The notes under the pieces are model-generated. The model worked only from the letters and a program-made list of their open reading frames with translations. It did no database searches and had not been told where the DNA came from. Both the position numbers and the translations under genes were made by a program. DNA of 64,000 nt from Acutalibacteraceae bacterium (GTDB lineage: Bacteria > Bacillota > Clostridia > Oscillospirales > Acutalibacteraceae): assembly GCA_045592705.1 (NCBI GenBank), contig JAZNVG010000029.1:3704-67703 (forward strand). The letters are read 5' to 3'. Shown piece after piece: positions 49,035 to 58,844 of the stretch; position 1 is the stretch's first letter; every line of letters begins with the position of its first letter.

Positions 49035-49107
49035 ACAAAGTAACCAAGCTTTCAAAGTCTGTATGCACACAGTCAGAGGACTTCCGACAATCAAAAGACG
49101 ACAACAG
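49035..49107 (+). repeat. Repeat copy C (X module + first part of Y)
   Basis: ACAAAGTAACCAAGCTTTCAAAGTCTGTATGCACACAGTCAGAGGACTTCC then AAAAGACGACAACAG; similarity ends at about 49107. Confidence 0.93.
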
Positions 49108-49136
49108 CGGCGACTGTGCTTTTTGTTAAATATTAG

Positions 49137-49165
49137 TTGTAATTGTATTTTTTTTGTGCTATAAT
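49137..49165 (+). promoter_or_regulatory. SigA promoter of the GH13 gene
   Basis: TTGTAA-17 nt-TATAAT with extended TG. Confidence 0.7.
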
Positions 49166-49194
49166 ATTCAAGAATATTATGATGAGGTGATAAT

Positions 49195-50865
49195 ATGAGC
49201 GACATCAAAAAGACTTGGTTCAAAGAAATGGCTGTTTACCAGATCTGGCCCCGCAGCTTCTATGACGGCAACGGTGACGGTATCGGTGATATTAAAGGTG
49301 TTATGGAAAAGCTTGATTACATCAAGAGCCTCGGCGTTGATGCAATCTGGTTTTCTCCGCTTTACAAATCCCCCCAGCACGACTACGGCTATGACATTGC
49401 CGATTACAGGTCAATTGCACCCGAATACGGCACTCTTGAAGAGTTCAAGGAACTGCTTGACGCCGCCCACAGCAAGGGTCTGAAAATTATTATGGACCTT
49501 GTTATCAACCACACATCAAACGAACACGAGTGGTTTATCGAAAGCCAGAAGAGCAAGGATAATCCTTATCATGATTACTATTTCTGGCGCAAGGGTAAAA
49601 AGCCTCCCAACAACTGGCTTTCAACCTTTGCAGGCCCCGGCTGGCATTACAACGAAAACCTTGACGAGTGGTATCTCACTCTTTTCGCAAAGGAACAGCC
49701 CGACCTTAATATGGATAATCCTAAGGTTCGTGAAGAAATCAAAGATATCATCCGTTTCTGGCTTGATATGGGTGTTGACGGCTTCCGTGAAGACGTTATC
49801 ACTTTCATTTCAAAGAAAGAGGGTCTGCCCAACGGCTTCCCCATTCCCGTTGCCTGCGGCATGGAGCACTATAAAAACGGTCCCAATCTTCAGAAGTATC
49901 TCGGTGAATTCAGAAAAGTTACCGACAACTATGACTGTATGACCGTCGGTGAAGCTCCCATGATGACTCCCAGACTTGCTCTCAAATTCATCAAAGAGGG
50001 TGCAGAGCAGAAGCTTAATATGATGTTCAACTTCCAGCATATGGAAGCTGACTGCTTCCTTGTCAGCTGGATTCCCATGCCCTTCAGCCTTAAAAAGCTT
50101 AAGAAGGTTTATAACAACTGGCAGAACAAGCTTTACGGCATTGCGTGGAATGCAAACTACATCGAAAACCACGACCAGCCCAGAATCATCAGCCGTTACG
50201 GCAGTGAAAAGTTCAGAGTTGAAAGCGGCAAAATGCTTGCAACAATGTACATCTGCCAGAGCGGTACACCCTTTATTTATCAGGGTCAGGAAATCGGTAT
50301 GGTTAACATAAAGCTTCCCGATGTAAATATGTACACCGACGTGCAGACAAAGAATACTTATCAGCTTTTCAGAAAGCTTGGTTTCTCGGAAAAAGCAACT
50401 CTCAAGGTTGTCAACCGTGCATCCCGTGATAATGCAAGAACACCCGTTCAGTGGTCTGCCGAAAAGAATGCAGGCTTCACCACTGCTGACGAGCCCTGGT
50501 TCTTCATTAACGATAATTACACGGAAATCAACGTTGAGGCTGCCGAAAAGGATGAGAATTCACTTCTCAACTATTACCGCAAGCTTCTCAAATTCCGTAA
50601 GGAAAACGAGGTTTGTATTTACGGCGATTTCAAGCTTCATTACAAGAGCAGCAAAAAACTGTTTGTTTATGAGCGTAATTATGAGGGCAAGAGAATGCTT
50701 GTCATCAACTCTTTTGTTGAAGAGCCCGTGACATTTACCGCTCCTGACGGCTTTAATCTCAGCAAGGGCAAGCTTGTTCTTTCAAACTATGATGTTGTTA
50801 CCGACGGCACTCTCAACAGCTTCCAGACCAAGCCTTACGAAACACGCGTTTATCTTTTTGATTAA
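49195..50865 (+). CDS. GH13 oligo-1,6-glucosidase / alpha-glucosidase
   Basis: YQIWPRSFYDGNGDGIGD, DLVINH, QPDLN, GFREDV, TVGE, NHDQPR, SRDNARTPVQW. Confidence 0.93.
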   Translation: MSDIKKTWFKEMAVYQIWPRSFYDGNGDGIGDIKGVMEKLDYIKSLGVDAIWFSPLYKSPQHDYGYDIADYRSIAPEYGTLEEFKELLDAAHSKGLKIIMDLVINHTSNEHEWFIESQKSKDNPYHDYYFWRKGKKPPNNWLSTFAGPGWHYNENLDEWYLTLFAKEQPDLNMDNPKVREEIKDIIRFWLDMGVDGFREDVITFISKKEGLPNGFPIPVACGMEHYKNGPNLQKYLGEFRKVTDNYDCMTVGEAPMMTPRLALKFIKEGAEQKLNMMFNFQHMEADCFLVSWIPMPFSLKKLKKVYNNWQNKLYGIAWNANYIENHDQPRIISRYGSEKFRVESGKMLATMYICQSGTPFIYQGQEIGMVNIKLPDVNMYTDVQTKNTYQLFRKLGFSEKATLKVVNRASRDNARTPVQWSAEKNAGFTTADEPWFFINDNYTEINVEAAEKDENSLLNYYRKLLKFRKENEVCIYGDFKLHYKSSKKLFVYERNYEGKRMLVINSFVEEPVTFTAPDGFNLSKGKLVLSNYDVVTDGTLNSFQTKPYETRVYLFD

Positions 50866-50880
50866 TCAATATAAACCGTT

Positions 50881-50917
50881 ATCGGCGGTGGGGATAAAAC
50901 CCTGCCGCCGATATTTT
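50881..50917 (+). terminator. Terminator after the GH13 gene
   Basis: ATCGGCGG(T)GGG / CCC(T)GCCGCCGAT stem + T-rich tail. Confidence 0.8.
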
Positions 50918-51007
50918 TATATAAAATATATATTATTTATATATTAAATATTGAAAAAATCTGAGATTACTGATATACTAAAAAGATATGAAAGGACTGA
51001 TGAAAGC

Positions 51008-53044
51008 TTGAAACGTAAAAAATGGGTTGTTGCCGAATGTGATAAGGATTCAGCTGCGCAGATTGCCGAGCAATACGGCATAAATCCGCTTGCGGCGCTT
51101 ATCGCCGTTTCCCGCGGTCTTGACCTCGGTGATGATGCCGAAAGCTTTTTTGATGAATTCTCATATCCTGAAACTGACCCTTTTTCACTTATAGATATGG
51201 ATAAGGCGGTTGAAAGAATCAACCGCGCCCTCGATAATTACGAAAGCATTACCGTTTTCGGCGATTATGATGCCGACGGAATCACCGCAACGGCGTTGCT
51301 GTATTCTTACCTTGAAACAAACGGTGCGAATGTCACACGCTACATTCCCGACCGCCTTGTTGAGGGATACGGTCTTAATATTGATGCGGTTGAGTCGCTT
51401 GCGCAATCCGGCACAAAGCTGCTTATTACTGTTGATAATGGTGTGTCGGCAATCAAAGAAACTCAGCGCGCCAATGAATTGGGGATGGATGTTATAATCA
51501 CCGACCACCACAAGGTGGGGGACGAAATCCCCGATGCTGTTGCGGTTGTCAATCCGCACCGACCCGATTGCCCGACTCAGTTCAAAGATTTTTCGGGTGT
51601 GGGCGTTGCGCTGATGCTTGTTTGTGCGCTTGAGGGCGGCGGATTTGAGGGTGTGCTTGAGGAATACGGCGACCTTGCCGCCATAGGAACAATCGGCGAC
51701 GTTGTAACGCTCAAGGGCGATAACCGACTGATTGTGCGCACGGGTTTGCGTATGATAAACGAAGAACCGCGCCCCGGTGTGACGGCGCTTCTCAATAAAG
51801 CCGGTCTTTCCGGCAAATATATTGCATCGTCAAATGTTGCTTTTGCGCTTTGTCCGCGTATTAATGCAACGGGCAGAATGGGTACGGCAAATAAAGCTCT
51901 TGATTTGCTTTTGTGTGATGACGAGGATGTTGCCGATCAGATTGCCGAAGAAATTCAGAGCCTTAATGCTTTGAGGCAGAAGACAGAAAATGAAATTTAT
52001 ATTCAGGCACTCGAACAGCTTGCAAGACATCCGGAAAGAATGCACGACAGGATTCTGGTTGTTGATTCGGAAAATTGGCATCAGGGTGTAATCGGCATTG
52101 TTGCCGCAAAGCTTGTCGAACAGTTCTCAAAGCCGGCTATTGTTATTTCACACGGTGAAAAGGAAGCAAAAGGCTCGTGCCGCAGTGTGGAGGGCTTTTC
52201 GATTTTTGATGCCGTCAATGCCGTCAGTGACTGTCTGACACATTTCGGCGGGCACACCCTTGCAGCAGGCATCGGTCTTGAATGTGACAGAACAGATGAA
52301 TTCCGTAAGCGTATAAATGACTATGCGCGCCATATTGAAATTCCGTTCCCCGTTCAGAATATTGACTGCAAGCTTAACCCCAGAGGAATTAACCTTGATT
52401 TGCTTGATGCTTTGCAGCTGCTTGAACCTTTCGGCTCAGGCAATCCGCAACCGTCATTCGGCCTTTACGGAATGAGAATTGACGATTTGTCCTCAATTTC
52501 CGAGGGTAAGCATATGCGCTTGTCTCTTTCCCGTAACGGCGCAAAGGTTAACGCTGTTTATTTTAAAATGCCCGAAAACAGCTTTCCTTTCGTCCGCGGT
52601 GATATTGTTGACCTTGCGGTTAACCTTGATCGAAATGTTTATAACGGTGAAACCCGTGTGTCTGTGATTGTGCGCAATATGCGCTTTTCAAACACCGATG
52701 AAGAAGCTGTTTTGTCGGGAATCCGTCTTTATGATTCTCTGTGCCGTGACGACAAGCTGACCCCCGAGCTGGCTCGTCGGATTTATCCCTCAAGAGATTT
52801 TCAGATTGCCGTTTATAAATACATAAAAGCGCATCCGCTTTATGAAGAGGATTATGAAATGCTTTGTGTGCGTCTGGGTGATAACGGTTCGGCAGTCAGC
52901 CGCGCGATGGTTGCCGTCAATTCAATGCTTGAGGCAGGCGTACTCAAATATAATGATGACGGAAGTATCGGCGATGCCCAATCACAGCAAAAAGCAAACC
53001 TCGACGAAACTCCCCTTATGAAAAAAATCCGCAGATACCTCTGA
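51008..53044 (+). CDS. recJ: Single-stranded-DNA exonuclease RecJ
   Basis: GDYDADG, ITVDNG, ITDHH, SGVGVA, PRINATGRM, GGHTLAAG; probable TTG start (MKRKKW). Confidence 0.96.
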   Translation: MKRKKWVVAECDKDSAAQIAEQYGINPLAALIAVSRGLDLGDDAESFFDEFSYPETDPFSLIDMDKAVERINRALDNYESITVFGDYDADGITATALLYSYLETNGANVTRYIPDRLVEGYGLNIDAVESLAQSGTKLLITVDNGVSAIKETQRANELGMDVIITDHHKVGDEIPDAVAVVNPHRPDCPTQFKDFSGVGVALMLVCALEGGGFEGVLEEYGDLAAIGTIGDVVTLKGDNRLIVRTGLRMINEEPRPGVTALLNKAGLSGKYIASSNVAFALCPRINATGRMGTANKALDLLLCDDEDVADQIAEEIQSLNALRQKTENEIYIQALEQLARHPERMHDRILVVDSENWHQGVIGIVAAKLVEQFSKPAIVISHGEKEAKGSCRSVEGFSIFDAVNAVSDCLTHFGGHTLAAGIGLECDRTDEFRKRINDYARHIEIPFPVQNIDCKLNPRGINLDLLDALQLLEPFGSGNPQPSFGLYGMRIDDLSSISEGKHMRLSLSRNGAKVNAVYFKMPENSFPFVRGDIVDLAVNLDRNVYNGETRVSVIVRNMRFSNTDEEAVLSGIRLYDSLCRDDKLTPELARRIYPSRDFQIAVYKYIKAHPLYEEDYEMLCVRLGDNGSAVSRAMVAVNSMLEAGVLKYNDDGSIGDAQSQQKANLDETPLMKKIRRYL

Positions 53045-53076
53045 TTCTTATTACTCTAAACAATGAAAGGAAGGCT

Positions 53077-55317
53077 ATGCTTATGACACAGGACCTTAAA
53101 TATGACATTAAAGCCATTTGTCCTGCCGATGCCGAAACTTGTGAGGTTGAATGTATTCAAAAGCTTCTTTCTTCACTCAATGAGGGCACCTCTGAACAAG
53201 ATGTTGACAGCATTGTCAGAGCATATCAGTATTCCCGTCAGGCACACGAAAATCAGAAAAGGCTTTCGGGTGAACCTTATATTATCCATCCGCTGAGTGT
53301 TGCGCAGATTGTTGCAAAACTCGGTATGGATGCCCCCGCAATGGTTGCGGCAATCCTCCACGACACTGTTGAGGATACCAAGGTGAGTCTTGACGATGTT
53401 TCACGCCTTTTCGGCAGAGAAGTCGCGTTACTTGTTGACGGTGTGACAAAAATCGGTAAAGTTCCGCTTTCAACAAAAGAGGAGCAGCAGGCGGAAAACA
53501 TCCGTAAAATGCTTCTTGCCATGTCACAGGATATCCGCGTTATTATCATCAAGCTTGCCGACCGTCTTCACAATATGCGCACACTGATGTTCAAGGCTGA
53601 GCAGAGACGCCGCGAAATTGCGCTTGAAACAATCGAGATTTATGCACCCATTGCGCACCGTTTAGGTATCCGTCCCATTAAAGAGGAGCTCGAGGATCTT
53701 GCAATCAGCTACCTTGACCCCGTTGCTTACAGCGAAATTGAACGTTCGCTTGCCGAGCAGAACAATTCCCGCACAGAGTTTCTTGACACAATTCAGGACA
53801 GAATCAAAGACAGAATAAGCGACGTTGTTTTGGGTGCGCAGGTCAGCGGCAGAATCAAATCCGTTCACGGCATATACCGAAAAATGTATATGCAGGGCAA
53901 AAATTTTGACCAGATTTATGACATCTATGCAGTCAGAATAATTGTTGACTCCGTCAATGACTGTTACAACTGTCTCGGTGTCATTCATGATATGTTCAGA
54001 CCCATTCCCGGCAGATTCAAAGATTATATTTCCACCCCCAAGCCCAATATGTATCAGTCCTTGCACACAACCGTTATTGATGCGGAAAATGAGGGTATTC
54101 CTTTTGAGGTTCAGATAAGAACGTGGGAAATGCACCACACCGCCGAATACGGTATTGCGGCGCACTGGAAATATAAACTCGGTATTTCCGGCAAGAACAA
54201 GTTCGAAGAACGACTTGCGTGGATAAGACAGCTTCTTGAAAGTCAGAGCGATGTTGAAGACGTTGAAGACATTGTCAGAACAATCAAGAGCGACCTTGTG
54301 CCCGAGGAGGTTTATGTTTTCACGCCGAAGGGCGATGTTTTCAATTTGCCCATGGGTGCAACCGTTATTGACTTTGCTTATGCCATTCACTCCGCTGTCG
54401 GTAACAGAATGGTCGGCGCAAAGGTTGACGGCAGAATCGTGCCGATTGACTATCAGGTAAAAACAGGCGAAATTGTAGATATTCTTACCTCGTCACAGCA
54501 GGGTAAAGGCCCCAGCCGTGACTGGCTGAAAATTGTAAAAACAAGTCAGGCACGTGCAAAAATCCGTCAATGGTACAAACGTGAAAAACGTGAGGAAAAC
54601 ATTGCCGAGGGCAAAAACGAGGTCGAAAAAGAGTTCAGACGCAATTTTGTGCGTTTGCCGGAAGATAAGCTTAACGAATTCCTGCTCAAAATTGCTGAAA
54701 GACAGCACTTTAAAACAATTGAAGATTTTTATGCGGCAATCGGTTACGGCGGCATTTCGCTTATCCGTCTTATGCCCAGAATCAAGGAAGAATATTCAAA
54801 GCTTGTCAAAACCACTGACACGACCGTGGTTGCAATGCCCGAAAAGCGCCGCACAAAGAGCAGTGAGGGTGTTGTGGTTGAGGGCATTGATAACTGCCTT
54901 ATTAAGTTCTCCCGTTGCTGCAATCCGCTGCCCGGTGATGAAATCATCGGTTTTATTACCCGCGGTCACGGTGTTTCAATTCATACAAAGAAATGTACAA
55001 ATGTCCCCAAGGATATCTCAAAAGCGGGTGAACCCGAAAGATGGGTCAATGCCTATTGGGACAAAAACGTGCGTGAGGAATTCAAATGCACGCTTCAGCT
55101 TGTCTGTCTTAACCGCGTCGGTCTGCTTGCGGATGTTTCGGGTCAGCTTGCTCAGATGCACGTTATGATTAATGACCTGACCACACATCATCTCAAAGAC
55201 GGCAGGTGCTCAATGGTGCTGACTCTTTGCGTTAACGGTGTTGAACACGTTAACAATCTTGTCGCAAGGCTCAAAAAAATTGACAGCGTGCTTGATATTG
55301 AAAGGACGGGTGTCTGA
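53077..55317 (+). CDS. rel: Bifunctional (p)ppGpp synthetase/hydrolase
   Basis: SGEPYIIHP, LHDTVED, KLADRLHNMRT, YQSLHTTV, EVQIRT, TGS, ZFD (CCNPLPGD), ACT. Confidence 0.97.
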   Translation: MLMTQDLKYDIKAICPADAETCEVECIQKLLSSLNEGTSEQDVDSIVRAYQYSRQAHENQKRLSGEPYIIHPLSVAQIVAKLGMDAPAMVAAILHDTVEDTKVSLDDVSRLFGREVALLVDGVTKIGKVPLSTKEEQQAENIRKMLLAMSQDIRVIIIKLADRLHNMRTLMFKAEQRRREIALETIEIYAPIAHRLGIRPIKEELEDLAISYLDPVAYSEIERSLAEQNNSRTEFLDTIQDRIKDRISDVVLGAQVSGRIKSVHGIYRKMYMQGKNFDQIYDIYAVRIIVDSVNDCYNCLGVIHDMFRPIPGRFKDYISTPKPNMYQSLHTTVIDAENEGIPFEVQIRTWEMHHTAEYGIAAHWKYKLGISGKNKFEERLAWIRQLLESQSDVEDVEDIVRTIKSDLVPEEVYVFTPKGDVFNLPMGATVIDFAYAIHSAVGNRMVGAKVDGRIVPIDYQVKTGEIVDILTSSQQGKGPSRDWLKIVKTSQARAKIRQWYKREKREENIAEGKNEVEKEFRRNFVRLPEDKLNEFLLKIAERQHFKTIEDFYAAIGYGGISLIRLMPRIKEEYSKLVKTTDTTVVAMPEKRRTKSSEGVVVEGIDNCLIKFSRCCNPLPGDEIIGFITRGHGVSIHTKKCTNVPKDISKAGEPERWVNAYWDKNVREEFKCTLQLVCLNRVGLLADVSGQLAQMHVMINDLTTHHLKDGRCSMVLTLCVNGVEHVNNLVARLKKIDSVLDIERTGV

Positions 55318-55772
55318 TGAAAGCTGTTGTTCAGCGGGTCAAAAAATCTCAGGTCAGTGTTGACGGTCAGGTTGTCGGCAAAGTCGGTCAGGGCTTCAAT
55401 GTGTTACTTGGCGTAATGCAGGGTGACACAACGGCTGAGGCTGATGTGCTTGCCGCAAAAATTGCAAAGCTGCGTGTTTTTGAGGATGAGCAAGGCAAAA
55501 TGAATCTTTGTGTCACCGATATCGGCGGTGAAATTCTTGTCATTTCTCAGTTTACTCTTTGTGCCGACCTGAAAAAAGGCAACAGACCCTCTTTTATAAA
55601 TTCCGCAAAGCCCGATGAGGCAAATGCGCTTTACGAATATTTTTGTAAACAGCTTCTTGCAAACGGTGTCGGAAATGTCGAAAAGGGCATTTTTGCCGCC
55701 GATATGGAGGTTGAAATTATTAACGACGGTCCCGTGACAATTGTTATGGATACCGATATCTGGAAAAGGTGA
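55317..55772 (+). CDS. dtd: D-aminoacyl-tRNA deacylase
   Basis: MKAVVQRV, SQFTL, NDGPVT. Confidence 0.96.
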   Translation: MKAVVQRVKKSQVSVDGQVVGKVGQGFNVLLGVMQGDTTAEADVLAAKIAKLRVFEDEQGKMNLCVTDIGGEILVISQFTLCADLKKGNRPSFINSAKPDEANALYEYFCKQLLANGVGNVEKGIFAADMEVEIINDGPVTIVMDTDIWKR

Positions 55773-56407
55773 TAAAAATGGTTGAAAAGTTTTTTATTGA
55801 CCATCCCATGCTTGCCAACTGTTGGCTTATTGCCGACGAAAAAAACGGCAGGGCTGCGGTTGTTGACCCTGCCTGGCTTACTGATGAAATGAAAGAAATA
55901 CTTACCGACAGGGGAATTGAGGTTGAATACATTCTTCTCACCCACGGTCATTTTGACCACATTCTCGGCGTTGCCGCGCTGAAAGAATTTTCGGGTGCGA
56001 AAATCGCAATTCACGCCGAGGATGCCGATTGTCTGCACGACGAGGAGAAGAGTCTTGCCAAGGGCAACACCAACGATTTTACCCCCGCCAATGCCGATAT
56101 CCTTTTAAATGACGGCGATGTTCTGAAAGTCGGTGACATCGAAATAAAGGTTATGCATACCCCCGGTCACACACCCGGCGGTGTCTGCTACATTATTGAA
56201 GACGAAAAAACAATCCTTACGGGCGATACGCTGTTTTGTATGACGGTCGGTCGAACCGATTTTCCCGGCGGAAGCTCTGAGATTCTTGCCGAGTCACTTG
56301 AAAAGCTGATTGCCCTTGACGGCGATTATGTGATTTTACCCGGTCATAACCGTGAAACAACCCTCGAAAGAGAGCGCACAAGAAACCGTTTTATCAGAAG
56401 GATGTGA
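55769..56407 (+). CDS. MBL-fold metallo-hydrolase (glyoxalase II-like)
   Basis: THGHFDH, TPGHTPG, TGDTLF, PGH. Confidence 0.92.
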   Translation: MIKMVEKFFIDHPMLANCWLIADEKNGRAAVVDPAWLTDEMKEILTDRGIEVEYILLTHGHFDHILGVAALKEFSGAKIAIHAEDADCLHDEEKSLAKGNTNDFTPANADILLNDGDVLKVGDIEIKVMHTPGHTPGGVCYIIEDEKTILTGDTLFCMTVGRTDFPGGSSEILAESLEKLIALDGDYVILPGHNRETTLERERTRNRFIRRM

Positions 56408-56411
56408 TGAT

Positions 56412-57881
56412 TTGATACTCAGAGTAATCGGACACAAGTTTCACTATGAAGCCGAAAACCTGTGTAGAATTTTCTTTCCCAATGATAAAATAACAGTTGT
56501 GCGTGATTTTGAAGGCGAAGATTCCCGCACCGTTGTTACCGAAATTTGCGACACTGACGGTGTCTGCAAAGTAAATGTTTCGGTTGATATTGAAGGCAAC
56601 CGTTTACAGCAGAGTGCCGAATGTGTCTGCACCTGCGCTGAAAATTACGACGAGTGCGAGCTTATGATGGCACAGATGATGTTTCATCAGCTTAGCACCG
56701 TTACCTGTTACATTCCGCCCTGGGGCGTGCTTACGGGTGTAAGACCCTCTAAACTTATGATAAAGCTTGTAAGTCTCTACGGCGAAGAGGGCGCAAAGCG
56801 TCATTTTACCGAGAAGCTTCTTGTAAGTGAAGAAAAAACCAACCTTGCTTTTTCCGTTTCTCAGGCGGAAGAAAAAATTGTTTCGCTTTCAAAGCCCGAC
56901 TCGGTCAGTCTCTATGTTTCAATCCCGTTTTGTCCGTCAAGGTGCAGTTATTGCTCATTTGTGTCACACTCGATTTCGAGCCCTGCCGCAAAGAAACTGC
57001 TTGTGCCTTATATTGACAGACTCTGCGATGAAATTGAACTGACTGGCGAGATTGCTTCGAAGCTTAATCTGCGACTTGAAAGCATTTATTTCGGCGGCGG
57101 CACACCCGGCGTGCTTGAATCCGAGCAGCTGCGTCGCCTTTGTACCAAAATTAACGAAAACTTTGACTTGTCGCATCTTCGCGAATACACAGTTGAAGCA
57201 GGCAGACCCGATACGCTTGATGAGTATAAGCTTGAAACGCTTCGCAGTGTCGGTGTTGACCGAATCAGCATAAATCCCCAGACCTTCAATCAGTCGGTGC
57301 TCGATACGGTCGGTAGGAAACATACCGTCGAAAAAACCTTTGAGGTTTACAGTGCCGCAAGAAAGGTCGGATTTAACAGCATAAATATGGATTTGATTGC
57401 CGGCTTGCCGACAGAAAGCTTTGAAAGCTTTGCAAACTCCGTGGATACCGCAAATTCACTTAACCCCGAGAATATAACGGTGCACACTCTTGCGCTCAAA
57501 CGCTCGTCAACACTTGCCGCTGACGGATATTTTGTAAGCGACGGCAACACCGCAAAGCAGATGCTCTCTTATGCGCAGGGTCAGCTTACAAAAGCCGATT
57601 ATTTTCCTTATTATATGTACCGTCAGAGCAAATGTCTGGGGAATCTTGAAAATGTCGGTTGGTGCAAGACGGACAAGGAATGTGTTTACAATATATTTAT
57701 GATGGAAGAGTGTCACAGCGTTTTAGCTGTCGGTGCAGGTGCGGTCACCAAACTGAAAGCGCCCGAATCCGATTACATTGAGCGCATTTTCAATTTCAAG
57801 TATCCTTACGAATATATTGACAGATACGGTGAGTTGACCGAACGTAAAAAAAGAATAAATGAGTTCTATTTGTCATACTAA
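56412..57881 (+). CDS. hemZ: Radical SAM coproporphyrinogen dehydrogenase-like HemZ
   Basis: WGVLTGVRP, IPFCPSRCSYC, YFGGGTP, EAGRPDT, PYYMYRQ; probable TTG start. Confidence 0.92.
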   Translation: MILRVIGHKFHYEAENLCRIFFPNDKITVVRDFEGEDSRTVVTEICDTDGVCKVNVSVDIEGNRLQQSAECVCTCAENYDECELMMAQMMFHQLSTVTCYIPPWGVLTGVRPSKLMIKLVSLYGEEGAKRHFTEKLLVSEEKTNLAFSVSQAEEKIVSLSKPDSVSLYVSIPFCPSRCSYCSFVSHSISSPAAKKLLVPYIDRLCDEIELTGEIASKLNLRLESIYFGGGTPGVLESEQLRRLCTKINENFDLSHLREYTVEAGRPDTLDEYKLETLRSVGVDRISINPQTFNQSVLDTVGRKHTVEKTFEVYSAARKVGFNSINMDLIAGLPTESFESFANSVDTANSLNPENITVHTLALKRSSTLAADGYFVSDGNTAKQMLSYAQGQLTKADYFPYYMYRQSKCLGNLENVGWCKTDKECVYNIFMMEECHSVLAVGAGAVTKLKAPESDYIERIFNFKYPYEYIDRYGELTERKKRINEFYLSY

Positions 57882-57909
57882 AATTGTAGTAACGATAAGG
57901 AGAATATGT

Positions 57910-58821
57910 ATGACAATTAACGATATCAATTCTGCGGCACGCAACAATCCCAAGTCTTTCTGTGTGCAGAGCAATGCGGATTATGCCGCACAGCTTGACC
58001 GTGCGGTAGGCTTTATTAACGAAAGTCCGCTTCGCAAAATTGTTTTGCTCGCCGGTCCGAGTTCTGCCGGCAAAACAACAACGGCGGCGCTTCTGGCAAG
58101 GCGGATAAAAGAGAGCGGCAATATGGCTTATATTGTTTCGCTTGATAACTTTTATCACGGCGTAAGGGAAGCCTATCCTCTCAACGAAGACGGAAAGCCC
58201 GATTTTGAATGCCTTGAGGCACTTGACCTTGAGTGTATGCACGACTGCTTTGAAACACTTATCAATGAGGGCAGTTGCGAAATGCCTGTTTTTGATTTCA
58301 AAACGGCAAGCCGCAGTGATGAAAAGCAGAAAATTTTCCTTAACGAAAACGACGTTGTTATTGTTGAGGGGATCCACGCGCTCAATCCTGCCGTTGCCCG
58401 TCATCTGCCGCCCGAAAACCTTGTAAAGCTTTATGTAAGCGTTTCTTCGCGCGTTTACGGTGATGACGGAAATGTTATTCTTGCAAAGCGTGAGCTTCGT
58501 TTTATACGTCGTATGGTGCGTGATTTTTACCACCGCGCAAGTCCCGTTGACAAAACCTTTGAACTTTGGTTTGATGTTCTGAAAGGTGAGGACAAATATA
58601 TTTTCCCGTTTAAAGAATTTGCCGACATAAAGCTCAACTCGTTTTATGCTTGTGAGCCGTGTATTCTGGCGGGGGAGGCTTTGCGTCTTCTCACAACGGT
58701 TGAAGAAAGCTCGCGATACAAACCGCTTTGTAATGAGCTTGCGGCAAAGCTTGAAAAATTTGTAAAACTTGATTATTCGATGATGACCCCCGATTCTCTT
58801 TTGTGGGAATTTGTCGGGTAG
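57910..58821 (+). CDS. Uridine/nucleoside kinase family protein
   Basis: P-loop GPSSAGKTT, SLDNFY, VEGIHALNP, RRMVRD. Confidence 0.85.
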   Translation: MTINDINSAARNNPKSFCVQSNADYAAQLDRAVGFINESPLRKIVLLAGPSSAGKTTTAALLARRIKESGNMAYIVSLDNFYHGVREAYPLNEDGKPDFECLEALDLECMHDCFETLINEGSCEMPVFDFKTASRSDEKQKIFLNENDVVIVEGIHALNPAVARHLPPENLVKLYVSVSSRVYGDDGNVILAKRELRFIRRMVRDFYHRASPVDKTFELWFDVLKGEDKYIFPFKEFADIKLNSFYACEPCILAGEALRLLTTVEESSRYKPLCNELAAKLEKFVKLDYSMMTPDSLLWEFVG

Positions 58822-58844
58822 ATAAATAAAAATCACAAAGGAGA

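Larger units (their letters stand above)
44789..49107. mobile_element. Small integrase-less genomic island / repeat-delimited cassette array at a tRNA-Ser remnant
   Basis: tRNA 3' fragment, three repeat copies, two cargo genes, a gene stub; cargo codon usage looks less host-like by eye. Confidence 0.6.

Noticed and set aside
44899-49107. Repeats as a CRISPR array
   Set aside because: Repeats are 51-190 bp, the intervening segments are kb-sized genes, there are only three copies, and no cas genes are present
49005-49223. 72-aa minus-strand ORF reading through repeat C
   Set aside because: It starts inside the GH13 gene's antisense strand with no RBS; the repeat is better explained as a non-coding site
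53662-54390. 242-aa antisense ORF within rel
   Set aside because: Shadow ORF explained by sense-strand codon bias
57796-58836. 346-aa antisense ORF over the kinase gene
   Set aside because: Shadow of a well-supported + strand gene; no RBS or recognisable motifs
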